Assembly: GCA_012959905.1 (NCBI GenBank)
Contig: DUCI01000090.1
Location: 4,384 to 68,383 of the forward strand
Source of the DNA: Methylococcaceae bacterium
GTDB taxonomy: Bacteria > Pseudomonadota > Gammaproteobacteria > Methylococcales > Methylomonadaceae
Direction of reading: 5' to 3'
Length of the DNA: 64,000 nt
Every line of letters begins with the position of its first letter. Position 1 is the stretch's first letter. The notes below the pieces were generated by a model, which was not told the origin of the DNA, ran no database searches, and was given only the letters and a program-made list of their open reading frames with translations. Of the stretch, positions 49,578 to 58,592 are shown piece by piece. The position numbers were made by a program, and so were the translations under genes.

Positions 49578-50033
49578 ATGAACCCTTTTAGAATTATGTT
49601 TTTAATATTTTTAGTGGTCCCCTTTCTGGAAATTTATTTTTTATTAAAGATGGGTGGTCTCATTGGTGTGTTTCCAACAGTGTTGTTGGTCGTTTTCACC
49701 GCTGTTTTGGGGGCATGGATGTTGCGTCAGCAGGGTTTTGAAACATGGCAGCGTTTTCAACAAGGCATGGCCAAAGGAAAAGTACCGGCAATGGAAATGT
49801 TGGAAGGTCCTGTTTTACTTGTTGGGGGAGCCTTTTTATTAACGCCGGGTTTTTTTACCGATATCACCGGTTTTCTTTGTTTAATACCGTATACCCGAAA
49901 AAAACTAGTGACTTATTTGATTGAGCGGCAATTAGTGGTTATGGCCGGTGGTGGCCCGTTTCAGCGACAAGGACAGACTCAATCGAAAGATGAAAATATC
50001 ATTGAGGGAGAATATAAGAAAGGCGATGAGTAG
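49578..50033 (+). CDS. fxsA: FxsA family membrane protein
   Basis: VVPFLEIYFLLKMGGLIG...LLLTPGFFTD typical of FxsA. Confidence 0.8.
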   Translation: MNPFRIMFLIFLVVPFLEIYFLLKMGGLIGVFPTVLLVVFTAVLGAWMLRQQGFETWQRFQQGMAKGKVPAMEMLEGPVLLVGGAFLLTPGFFTDITGFLCLIPYTRKKLVTYLIERQLVVMAGGGPFQRQGQTQSKDENIIEGEYKKGDE

Positions 50034-50115
50034 AGGAAGATCATCAATCAGGGCAGTATTGTAAAACCTTAACGTTATACACTAATGCCCCGATGACCTT
50101 TTTTGAGGCGTTGCT

Positions 50116-50337
50116 TTATGTCTCTGAATCCATAGAATTTTTGCCTAAAGCGGAATAAGCAGGGCACCAACCCTTATAACCGGTAGCCATTAAGACCAGT
50201 GCTAACAGTAATAAAACAACACTCGCACTTATGATGGCGACAAGAAAGGCGATGGCACCGCCAATAAGACGTATTTTTTTCTCTTTATCGCCAATATTCA
50301 TTTCGGGTTTTATCAGCTGCTTATAGTCAAAATTCAT
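50116..50337 (-). CDS. DUF2892 (YgaP C-terminal-like) small membrane protein
   Basis: 73 aa with IRLIGG, two TM segments and GWCPAYSALG. Confidence 0.65.
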   Translation of the reverse strand: MNFDYKQLIKPEMNIGDKEKKIRLIGGAIAFLVAIISASVVLLLLALVLMATGYKGWCPAYSALGKNSMDSET

Positions 50338-50458
50338 AAAAATATTACCTCGCTGTTATCGTGTTTTGTCTGGGGTTCACCTTTCATTTTGTTAGAATAC
50401 GCTCAATTGTCATAAAAATATACTGTCACGCAGACTTGGATAGGGAAAAATACGCTTA

Positions 50459-52627
50459 ATGGATGTTACGCATATAATTGAATCGTTAAATGACGCACAG
50501 CGTCAGGCGGTCACAGCACCTTCGCAGGCAGTATTGGTATTAGCGGGCGCAGGGAGTGGTAAAACACGCGTTTTAGTGCACCGTATTGCTTGGATGATTA
50601 AAACACAGGATCTTTCTCCACAAAGTATTTTAGCGGTGACCTTTACCAATAAGGCAGCGAGTGAGATGCGTAGCCGCATTGAGAAATTATTAGATTACTC
50701 AGCACAAGGGATGTGGGTTGGGACCTTTCATGGATTAGCACATCGATTGCTTAGACGTCATGCGCATGAGGCAGGTCTCCCAGAAACTTTTCAGGTTATT
50801 GATTCCGATGATCAATTACGGATGATAAAACGATTGTTGAAAGCATTGGCTTTGGATGAGGCGCGTTGGCCACCACGGCAGGTGCAAGGCTATATCAATA
50901 CACAAAAAGAAGAGGGGCGGCGAGCACGGCATATAGCGGAGAGTGGCGATTTGTATCAGCGACAGATGTTGACTCTTTATCGTGAATATGAGCAAACTTG
51001 TCTGCGCTCCGGGCTAGTTGATTTTGCGGAACTATTACTTCGAGTTCATGAGTTGTTACGTGATAATGAGCAATTGTTGCAGTTTTATAAGCAGCGCTTT
51101 TTGCATGTGCATGTCGATGAATTTCAAGATACCAATACGATTCAATACGCCTGGTTACGTTTGTTAACTGAAGGCCAGAATAATTTGTTTGTTGTGGGCG
51201 ATGATGATCAATCTATCTATGGCTGGCGCGGGGCAAAGATAGAGAATATTTATAGTTTTCAAACGGATTATCCGAACCATTCGGTGGTGCGTTTAGAGCA
51301 AAATTATCGGTCAACTGCAAACATTCTCAATGCGGCTAATGCTTTGATTGGTCATAACCAAGGGCGAATGGGTAAAGAATTATGGACTGATGACGGAGCA
51401 GGGGATCCGATTTCATTGTATGCCGCATTTAATGAGCAAGATGAAGCTTATTTTGTGGTCGAACGGATTAAGAAGTGGGTGGAATTAGGTGGGTTACGGT
51501 CTGAAACGGCTATTTTATATCGTTCGAATGTCCAATCGCGCTTATTTGAAGAACGGTTAATGTCCGGAGGGATCCCTTATCGAGTTTATGGGGGCTTACG
51601 GTTTTTTGAGCGTGCCGAAATTAAGAATGCTTTGGCTTATTTACATCTCATCGCCAATGCTAATAATGATTCTGCATTTGAGCGTGTTATTAATGTTCCT
51701 AATCGAGGTATTGGTCCTAAAACAATTGAAGACCTTCGCGGTGTCGCGCGTGATGAGCAGATTTCATTGTGGCAGGCGGCGAGAAAATTAGTCACCTCCG
51801 GTGCCGTAACGGCCAGAACGGAAAGGGTTCTAAATGGTTTTATTGATGTCATTAATAACTTAAGTGAACAAGCAGAAGGCTTGGCGCTCTATGAAAAGGT
51901 ACAGCAGGTCGTCGAGCATACCGGCTTGATTGATTTTCATAAAAAAGAAAAAGGCGAAAAAGGCGAGGCTAGAGTTGAGAACTTACAAGAACTAGTGAAT
52001 GCGGCGCGTCAATTTGATTATGAAGAAGATAATGCTGAAGGCCTTAACGAGTTGGATTTGTTTTTGGCCCATGCTGCTTTAGAATCCGGAGAAGCGCAGG
52101 GTGATCAATACGATGATTGTGTTCAGTTAATGACCTTACATTCGGCCAAGGGGCTGGAGTTTAAATTAGTTTTTATTGTGGGTGTTGAGGAGGGTTTATT
52201 TCCTTCGCCACGTGCTATTGAGGACCCGGGGCGCTTAGAGGAAGAGCGTAGGCTTTGTTATGTGGGGATCACACGAGCCATGCAGGTATTATATTTGAGT
52301 TATGCTGAATCTAGACGAATTTATGGGCGCGATACCTACCCAAGGTGTTCTCGTTTTATTAAAGAAATACCGAGTGAACAACTTCAGGAAATTAGAATGG
52401 GTACGACAATTAGTCGGCCGGTTTCAGTCAGTGGTTCCAGAATTTCGACTCATTTGCAGAAGACGGTTTTTCAGTTGGGACAGCGTGTGAGTCATGTGAA
52501 GTTTGGAGAAGGTGTGGTCTTGCAAGTTGAAGGCGAAGGTGCGCAGGAGCGTGTACAAGTTAATTTTACCGACGTCGGAATGAAATGGTTAATGTTAGCC
52601 TATGCGAAATTAGATGCGATTTCTTAG
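50459..52627 (+). CDS. uvrD: DNA helicase II
   Basis: Collinear with E. coli UvrD along its full length (LNDAQRQAV, AGAGSGKTRVLVHRIAW, VDEFQDTN, LEQNYRS, LMTLHSAKGLEF, YVGITRAM, and a C-terminal KFGEG Tudor-like tail). Confidence 0.9.
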   Translation: MDVTHIIESLNDAQRQAVTAPSQAVLVLAGAGSGKTRVLVHRIAWMIKTQDLSPQSILAVTFTNKAASEMRSRIEKLLDYSAQGMWVGTFHGLAHRLLRRHAHEAGLPETFQVIDSDDQLRMIKRLLKALALDEARWPPRQVQGYINTQKEEGRRARHIAESGDLYQRQMLTLYREYEQTCLRSGLVDFAELLLRVHELLRDNEQLLQFYKQRFLHVHVDEFQDTNTIQYAWLRLLTEGQNNLFVVGDDDQSIYGWRGAKIENIYSFQTDYPNHSVVRLEQNYRSTANILNAANALIGHNQGRMGKELWTDDGAGDPISLYAAFNEQDEAYFVVERIKKWVELGGLRSETAILYRSNVQSRLFEERLMSGGIPYRVYGGLRFFERAEIKNALAYLHLIANANNDSAFERVINVPNRGIGPKTIEDLRGVARDEQISLWQAARKLVTSGAVTARTERVLNGFIDVINNLSEQAEGLALYEKVQQVVEHTGLIDFHKKEKGEKGEARVENLQELVNAARQFDYEEDNAEGLNELDLFLAHAALESGEAQGDQYDDCVQLMTLHSAKGLEFKLVFIVGVEEGLFPSPRAIEDPGRLEEERRLCYVGITRAMQVLYLSYAESRRIYGRDTYPRCSRFIKEIPSEQLQEIRMGTTISRPVSVSGSRISTHLQKTVFQLGQRVSHVKFGEGVVLQVEGEGAQERVQVNFTDVGMKWLMLAYAKLDAIS

Positions 52628-52668
52628 ATAAGCATTTTTTGGTAATGATTAGCGGCTGTTGGTAGGTA

Positions 52669-55600
52669 TTAGGGGTATGCAGAACGGTGGTGTAATAATC
52701 GATACAGTGCAGGTAAAACAAGGAGTGTTAGTAATGTTGACGACACAATACCACCAATGACGACTGTCGCTAAAGGACGTTGAACTTCAGCGCCAATACC
52801 GGTGTTAAGCGCCATCGGAATAAAACCTAAAGAGGCCACTAATGCGGTCGTTAAGACGGGGCGTAGGCGGGTTAAAGCGCCTTCAATAATAGCGGATTCC
52901 AGGCTTAATCCTTTTTTTCGTAAGTCGCTGATAAAGGCAACCATGACTAAGCCATTGAGGATAGCAATCCCAGAGAGCGCAATAAATCCAACCGCAGCAG
53001 ATATTGAAAAAGGAATGTCACGGAAAATGAGGGCTAAAATGCCACCTGTTAGCGCCAAGGGTACGCCTGAAAAAATAATGAGTGTATCTTTTATGGAATT
53101 GAGAGCTAATAATAACAATCCAAGTATGAGTACAAGGGTAATCGGAACCACGATTGAGAGACGCTGCGATGCAGACTTGAGTTTCTGAAAAGTACCGCCG
53201 AATTCAATCCAGTAGCCAGCGGGTATTTGAACAGATTGTTTAATAGATTCTTTTATGTCAGCGACAAAGTGACTGAGATCCCGGTTGCGAACATTAGCAG
53301 TAATAACGACACGGCGTTTGCCGTTCTCACGGTAAATTTGATTGTATCCGGTAACCCGTTTCACTTCGGCCAGTTCATCTAAAGGAATATAGTCACCCTG
53401 GGTTCGGTGGATAGGAAATTTTTTTAACTTATCGATATTTGTTCGCAGGTGTTCGGGGAGCCGTACGACGATAGGGGTGCGTCTATCGCCTTCATAGAAT
53501 TGGCCGGCAATACGTCCGCTAAGGGCAATAGAAAGTTGTTCCTGTATTTCTTCAATACTGATGCCGAATTGTGACAACCTGTTTCGTTTAGGTTGTATGG
53601 TTAGGACCGGTAGTCCTGTGGCTTGTTCAACGGCAACATCGACGGCGCCTTCGATAGGGCTGATGGCTTTTTCAATGTTATGGCCTAAAGTAATCAGTTG
53701 GTCAAAGTCATCACCAAAAACTTTGACAGCGACTTCAGTCCTGACTCCGGCAAGTAATTCATTGAAGCGCATTTGAATCGGTTGTAAAAATTCATAGCGA
53801 TTCCCCGGCAAGGGGTCAACAAGGGTTGCAAGCTCATTGATGAGTTGTGTTTTTGATTTATAAGGGTCAGGCCATAATGCTCTGGGTTTTAAGATAATGA
53901 AGTTATCAGCCACGCTGACTGGAACCGCATCGGTTGCTATTTCAGCCGTTCCTATTTTTGCAAAAATACGTTCGACTTCGGGGAGGTCTTTTATTCTTTC
54001 TTCGAGAGGTCGTTGGAGCTCGATAGCTTGTTCGAGAGAGGTTCCAGGAATTCGCAGCGCATGCATTGCAATATCGCCTTCATCAAGATTAGGGATAAAT
54101 TCACTACCGAGATTAGTAGCGGCATAACCGCAAACCATTACCAATGTAGCGGCGACACACACAACATTCCAGCGTTTTTTAATCGCCATATGTAATAGGG
54201 GGTGATAAAAATAATGTGCCTTTTTCATCAGTACATTTTCTTTTTCAACCAAGGGTTTTGTAAATAAGAATGCGATGCAGGCTGGAACGAATGTAATCGA
54301 TAATAACATGGCGCAAGTTAAGGCAATAACAACGGTTATTGCCATCGGATGAAACATTTTTCCTTCTACGCCAGAGAGGGTGAAGATAGGAATATAAACA
54401 ACGGTGATAATGAACACACCAAATAAAGCGGGGCGAATGACTTCTTTGGTCGCCTTAAAAACGAGGGTTAAGCGTTCTTCAAGTGTTAGCGGGGTCGTAT
54501 TTTGGCTTAGTTTCCGTAGGCAGTTCTCGACGATAATAATTGTGCCATCGACAAGTAAACCAAAATCTAAAGCACCTAAACTCATTAAGTTAGCGCTGAC
54601 TTGTGCTTGTACCATCCCGGTGACCGTCATTAACAGGGTGATAGGGATAATCATGGCGGTTAATAAGGCGGCTCGGGCATTTCCTAGAAATAGGAATAGG
54701 ATGATGATGACCAGTAGTGCGCCTTCAATTAAATTGGTTTGCAGTGTTTTTAGGGTTTTGTTGACAAGAGTCGTCCGGTCATACACGGCGGTTAGAGTGA
54801 TTCCGGGAGGGAGAGACGCTTTAATGCTTTCAAGTTTCTCAGCAACAGCATTAGCAACAATACGGCTGTTTTCGCCAATAAGCATAAAGACGGTGCTCAT
54901 AACAACTTCTCGGCCATTTTGAGTGGCAGCACCGGATCGAAGTTCTTTGCCTTCTGTGATATGAGCAACATGTTTGAGTTGAACCGGTTGACCATCCTTC
55001 TCGGTAATTAGGATTTCCCCGAGCATTTGAATGTTTTGAATTTGTCCGGGTACGCGTAGTAATAATTGTGTACCGTGGTTTTCGATAAAGCCAACGCCTT
55101 GATTTTTGTTGTTAGCAGCAATTGCGGTTATAAGGTCATTTTGGGTCAGCCCGAAAGCTAATAAATTATCGGGCTCAATGGACACTAATATTTCACGTTT
55201 AAAACCACCGATAGGGTTGATTTCAATAACACCGGGAACACGGAGTAGTTGCGGGCGGATAATCCAGTCATGAACCGAGCGAAGGTCCGTGGGTGAAATA
55301 AGAGAGCCATCAGCATGGGTAGCGTTGGGCTCGGCATCAACGGTAAACATGAAAATTTCACCCAGTCCCGTAGCAAGAGGGCCTAATAAGGGTTCAAGTG
55401 AAGAAGGAATCGTGCTTTTTGCAGCAAGGAGTCGTTCGTTAACCAGTTGACGGGCAAAATAGATGTCAGTCTCATCGGTAAAAATGATCGTGATTTGTGA
55501 TAAGCCATAACGGGATAATGAGCGGGTATGGCTAAGATTAGGCAAGCCGGCCATCGCAGTTTCAAGGGGGTAGCTGACGCGTTGCTCGACTTCGAGTGGT

Positions 55601-55770
55601 GTGTATCCGGGGGCCTCGGTATTAATAACAACCTGAACATTAGTAATGTCTGGAACCGCATCAATCAGTAGTTTGGTGGAATTCCAGAGCCCTAACCCTA
55701 CCAAGGCCGCTACCGTGAAAATAATCAGTAGGCGACGTTGAATGGCGAGGTGAATTATAGAATCAAGCAT
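52669..55770 (-). CDS. Heavy-metal efflux RND transporter, CzcA-like
   Basis: 1033 aa. TM4 motif GALDFGLLVDGTIIIVEN. The block EGDIAMHALRIPGTSLEQ...FAKIGTAEIATD is closer to CzcA than to CusA (my recollection of both sequences). Confidence 0.85.
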   Translation of the reverse strand: MLDSIIHLAIQRRLLIIFTVAALVGLGLWNSTKLLIDAVPDITNVQVVINTEAPGYTPLEVEQRVSYPLETAMAGLPNLSHTRSLSRYGLSQITIIFTDETDIYFARQLVNERLLAAKSTIPSSLEPLLGPLATGLGEIFMFTVDAEPNATHADGSLISPTDLRSVHDWIIRPQLLRVPGVIEINPIGGFKREILVSIEPDNLLAFGLTQNDLITAIAANNKNQGVGFIENHGTQLLLRVPGQIQNIQMLGEILITEKDGQPVQLKHVAHITEGKELRSGAATQNGREVVMSTVFMLIGENSRIVANAVAEKLESIKASLPPGITLTAVYDRTTLVNKTLKTLQTNLIEGALLVIIILFLFLGNARAALLTAMIIPITLLMTVTGMVQAQVSANLMSLGALDFGLLVDGTIIIVENCLRKLSQNTTPLTLEERLTLVFKATKEVIRPALFGVFIITVVYIPIFTLSGVEGKMFHPMAITVVIALTCAMLLSITFVPACIAFLFTKPLVEKENVLMKKAHYFYHPLLHMAIKKRWNVVCVAATLVMVCGYAATNLGSEFIPNLDEGDIAMHALRIPGTSLEQAIELQRPLEERIKDLPEVERIFAKIGTAEIATDAVPVSVADNFIILKPRALWPDPYKSKTQLINELATLVDPLPGNRYEFLQPIQMRFNELLAGVRTEVAVKVFGDDFDQLITLGHNIEKAISPIEGAVDVAVEQATGLPVLTIQPKRNRLSQFGISIEEIQEQLSIALSGRIAGQFYEGDRRTPIVVRLPEHLRTNIDKLKKFPIHRTQGDYIPLDELAEVKRVTGYNQIYRENGKRRVVITANVRNRDLSHFVADIKESIKQSVQIPAGYWIEFGGTFQKLKSASQRLSIVVPITLVLILGLLLLALNSIKDTLIIFSGVPLALTGGILALIFRDIPFSISAAVGFIALSGIAILNGLVMVAFISDLRKKGLSLESAIIEGALTRLRPVLTTALVASLGFIPMALNTGIGAEVQRPLATVVIGGIVSSTLLTLLVLPALYRLLHHRSAYP

Positions 55771-55779
55771 GTTAAGTGA

Positions 55780-57018
55780 TTAGTGGTCGTGTAAGGCACC
55801 TGATTTTTCAATATCCGCTTTGATAATGTAACTGTGTTTAGAGACGTATTCGGCATTTGGTTTTAGGCCACTGAGAACTTCAGCCCACTCAGCGGTGATT
55901 ACGCCTAATTCGAGCATACGGACCTCGTAGTCATTACCAATCTTTTCAAATACAACGGTAAAGTCTCTGAATGATTGTAATCCTGAGCGCTTAACGGCCA
56001 GCGGGGCTGGGTGTTGGGCAACCTCAATTTCACCGCGAACAAAGCGTCCGGCTAGGAGTTGGCCGCTTTCGTTGTTGTGTTGTGCACGTACAATAATCGA
56101 TTGATTGGCGTGCACGATGGTATCAATTTGTTTCACAATGCCTGTAATGGGTTGGCTTTTACCATGAAGAAATAAAGAAACGCTGTTGCCTAAGCTTATT
56201 TTATCTTGATCCTCGGGAAAGACAGCCAGTTCACTGATTAAAATTGAATCATCAATGATGGAAAATAAAATACGATTATTAGTTTGTTCGCCGGGGTTGG
56301 CGTTTCGATGGTGAATGATGCCGTTAAGTGGAGAATAAATTTTAAACGGTTCAAGGGCTAAATTTCTTTTAACGGTGAGTAATAATTGGCCCTTATTAAC
56401 GCGTTGGCCTACGGCGGCGGTAACGCTCTTAATAGTACCCTCGAAACGTGATTTTATTTCACGGGTATTCTCAGGGTGTGTCGTTAATTTCCCATAGGCG
56501 GAAATGGTACTTTTGAGTATTCTAGGGTGGGCGATAGCGGTTTCAATCGCTAATTTTTTAGCGATATCAGCTTGTATATGCGTGCGGCCTTCAAAGCTAT
56601 TGTATTGCCAGTGATGATAGGTGCCGTGGTACTGAGCACGGATGGAAACCACAAATGAATGTGGTTCATAAATAAGATTGTTGCCACGAAGAAAATCTTG
56701 TTGTGCGGTGAAACTGATTTCGTTTTGGGTGCCGTCAAGGCGTGTCAGTGTGATGTCTAATGAAACCTCGGCAGGCTTAAGGGGCTGACCTTTCTCGGTT
56801 ATCCAAGCTCGAAATTCAGGCGGAATACCATGTTCGTAGATAACAAGTTCGATAGCAAAATCATTATGTGTTAGAAGTTTGCCTTGGTGAGGGCCTTTTT
56901 CTGGGGCAATTGTGCCGGCCGGTGTCGTTGACTCTACCGTTGCCCAACCCAGGGAGCAGGTGGTTAGTAACAGTACCAATGTAAAAGTAGCACTCAGAAA
57001 GAAGCGAGGTAGTGTCAT
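55780..57018 (-). CDS. RND periplasmic adaptor (MFP) with N-terminal extra domain and no alpha-hairpin
   Basis: Signal peptide, then about 140 aa of His-containing beta-rich extension. The lipoyl halves (RFEGTIKSVTAAVGQRVNKGQLLLTV / KIYSPLNGIIHHRNANPGEQ) are joined by only about 9 aa. Beta-barrel and MP domains follow. Lies immediately upstream of the RND gene. Confidence 0.8.
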   Translation of the reverse strand: MTLPRFFLSATFTLVLLLTTCSLGWATVESTTPAGTIAPEKGPHQGKLLTHNDFAIELVIYEHGIPPEFRAWITEKGQPLKPAEVSLDITLTRLDGTQNEISFTAQQDFLRGNNLIYEPHSFVVSIRAQYHGTYHHWQYNSFEGRTHIQADIAKKLAIETAIAHPRILKSTISAYGKLTTHPENTREIKSRFEGTIKSVTAAVGQRVNKGQLLLTVKRNLALEPFKIYSPLNGIIHHRNANPGEQTNNRILFSIIDDSILISELAVFPEDQDKISLGNSVSLFLHGKSQPITGIVKQIDTIVHANQSIIVRAQHNNESGQLLAGRFVRGEIEVAQHPAPLAVKRSGLQSFRDFTVVFEKIGNDYEVRMLELGVITAEWAEVLSGLKPNAEYVSKHSYIIKADIEKSGALHDH

Positions 57019-57037
57019 AAATTAGTTTTGTAGGCTG

Positions 57038-57074
57038 CTCCAGTGTTTTTGTTAGATTAACAGAAACACTGGAG
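57038..57074. repeat. 37-nt near-perfect palindrome between the lipoprotein gene and the adaptor gene
   Basis: ctccagtgttt (57038-57048) pairs with aaacactggag (57064-57074). Inner tgtta/taaca pairs surround a 3-nt loop. Confidence 0.7.
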
Positions 57075-57084
57075 GGATTGTTTT

Positions 57085-57474
57085 TTAAGGGCGTACAAAG
57101 CAACGGTTGTCTGCAAATTTTTTAGCGTCTTTAAGTTTTTTACGCAGTTGCTTGGCATGTTCTGGGTCTCTGAAAATACCCCCATTCTCACCGGGCGTAC
57201 GGCGCATAAACGTAAAAGTTAAGGCTTGATCATATTCGTCGTGCGACATTTGGCTGGCTATTTTATCAATGCTGCAAATGCAGGGATACAAGGTTTCATA
57301 ACGTAGCCCACCTTCTTTTTCTATGCATTGCAATACAAATTCGACTCGCGTTTGAGTCGGGTAGTCATTAATGACTTGGGGCTTTGATTGCGGTGGGCGG
57401 TTGCCTGTTAGGATGCATCCATTTAGTAATAAAAAAATTAAAAAGAAGCCGTATTTTAAAAATGATTTTTTCAT
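57085..57474 (-). CDS. Hypothetical Cys-containing lipoprotein
   Basis: Lipobox LLLNGC and four further Cys residues (LQCIEKEG, YPCICS, NRCF). I recognise no family. Confidence 0.55.
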   Translation of the reverse strand: MKKSFLKYGFFLIFLLLNGCILTGNRPPQSKPQVINDYPTQTRVEFVLQCIEKEGGLRYETLYPCICSIDKIASQMSHDEYDQALTFTFMRRTPGENGGIFRDPEHAKQLRKKLKDAKKFADNRCFVRP

Positions 57475-57495
57475 GGTAGGTCCTAAGATTATTTA

Positions 57496-57948
57496 TTATT
57501 CGGCGGCAAAGTTAATGATTTCTTTCACCTTATTGTTCATGGTGACAGAGAATTTATTTAATGCGGAATTATTTGTATTCGTAGGCAAAAGGCGAGATTT
57601 TATAATAACTTTGCCGGCATAGGTATAGGTTACGACATTACAGGGCATATGGCGAATAGCATGCGGAGAAAGTAGCAATAATTTTTTCGCCTGTGTGAGG
57701 TTGCAATATTGTATGGTGTCGTATTCGGGAAAAGGAATATCTTCGCGTTGACGAATAACTTTACCGATGCGGTTGTGCCCGGTAATTCTAAAGTTCTGTT
57801 CAGTAATGGCGATTTCGAGTTCGGCAAGTACGTCATCATAGGCTTTAAACGTTTCTGCTTGATAGTAATGCACGGTTTCACCGGTCGGCAGCAAGCTACA
57901 GGCAGGTTGTAGGAGTGCGGCTATGAGTATTAGTAGAAACCTGAACAT
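57496..57948 (-). CDS. DUF302 domain protein (exported)
   Basis: Signal sequence ending PAC. The core AELEIAITEQNFRITGHNRIG...YDTIQYCNLTQAKKLL...MPCNVVTY resembles DUF302. Confidence 0.55.
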   Translation of the reverse strand: MFRFLLILIAALLQPACSLLPTGETVHYYQAETFKAYDDVLAELEIAITEQNFRITGHNRIGKVIRQREDIPFPEYDTIQYCNLTQAKKLLLLSPHAIRHMPCNVVTYTYAGKVIIKSRLLPTNTNNSALNKFSVTMNNKVKEIINFAAE

Positions 57949-58001
57949 CTTTAGATTGACATGGCATAGAATAAGGGTATTGGAACTTGAAGCTTAGCAT
58001 T

Positions 58002-58592
58002 ATGAACGATCAAACAAAAGTCACCGGGGTCATATTGGCGGGAGGCTTAGCTCGCCGAATGGGATTAGAGCAAGACAAAGGGCTTATTTTATTTCGAGAA
58101 CGGCCGATGGTCACTTATGCGTTGAAGGCCATGGGGGGCGTGGCGGATTGTGTTGTCATTAACGCCAATAGAAATATTGAGTTATACCAGCGTTTTGGGG
58201 TGCCTGTTATTAGTGATGCCCAGTTAACTTTTGAGGGGCCTTTAGCAGGGATTTTGTCGGTTATGAGGGTCTGTGATACGGGGGTGTTAATGGTGATGCC
58301 GTGTGATAGCCCTTTAATCCAAAGTAGTCATTTAGTGCAATTAAAACAAGCGTTGCTTACATCCGGTGCTGAAATAGCCGTGGCGCATGATGGTGTTCGA
58401 TTGCAACCGGTTTTTTTAGCGTTAAATACACATTTGCTTGAAAGTCTTCAGTTTTTTTTGTCTGAGGGACAACGAAAGATTGATGTTTGGTTGCGTCAAC
58501 ACACAGTGGTGGAAGTGGATTTTAGTGAAGAAGCTAAGGTTTTTCTGAATATTAATACCGTGCAAGAATTGGCTAACCTTGAGGATATTTAA
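58002..58592 (+). CDS. mobA: Molybdenum cofactor guanylyltransferase
   Basis: GVILAGGLARRMG..DKGL and PCDSP motifs. I chose the ATG at 58002 over the TTG at 57987. Confidence 0.85.
   Translation: MNDQTKVTGVILAGGLARRMGLEQDKGLILFRERPMVTYALKAMGGVADCVVINANRNIELYQRFGVPVISDAQLTFEGPLAGILSVMRVCDTGVLMVMPCDSPLIQSSHLVQLKQALLTSGAEIAVAHDGVRLQPVFLALNTHLLESLQFFLSEGQRKIDVWLRQHTVVEVDFSEEAKVFLNINTVQELANLEDI

Noticed and set aside
54404-54922. A 172-aa ORF antisense to the RND pump gene. Similar antisense ORFs occur at 52802-53188, 13676-14128, 12875-13177 and 23781-24089.
   Set aside because: Each is fully embedded in the opposite strand of a gene with strong homology. Their compositions are biased (Ser/Arg/Pro/Ile-rich), they carry no motifs and no ribosome-binding sites. 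These are typical shadow ORFs.
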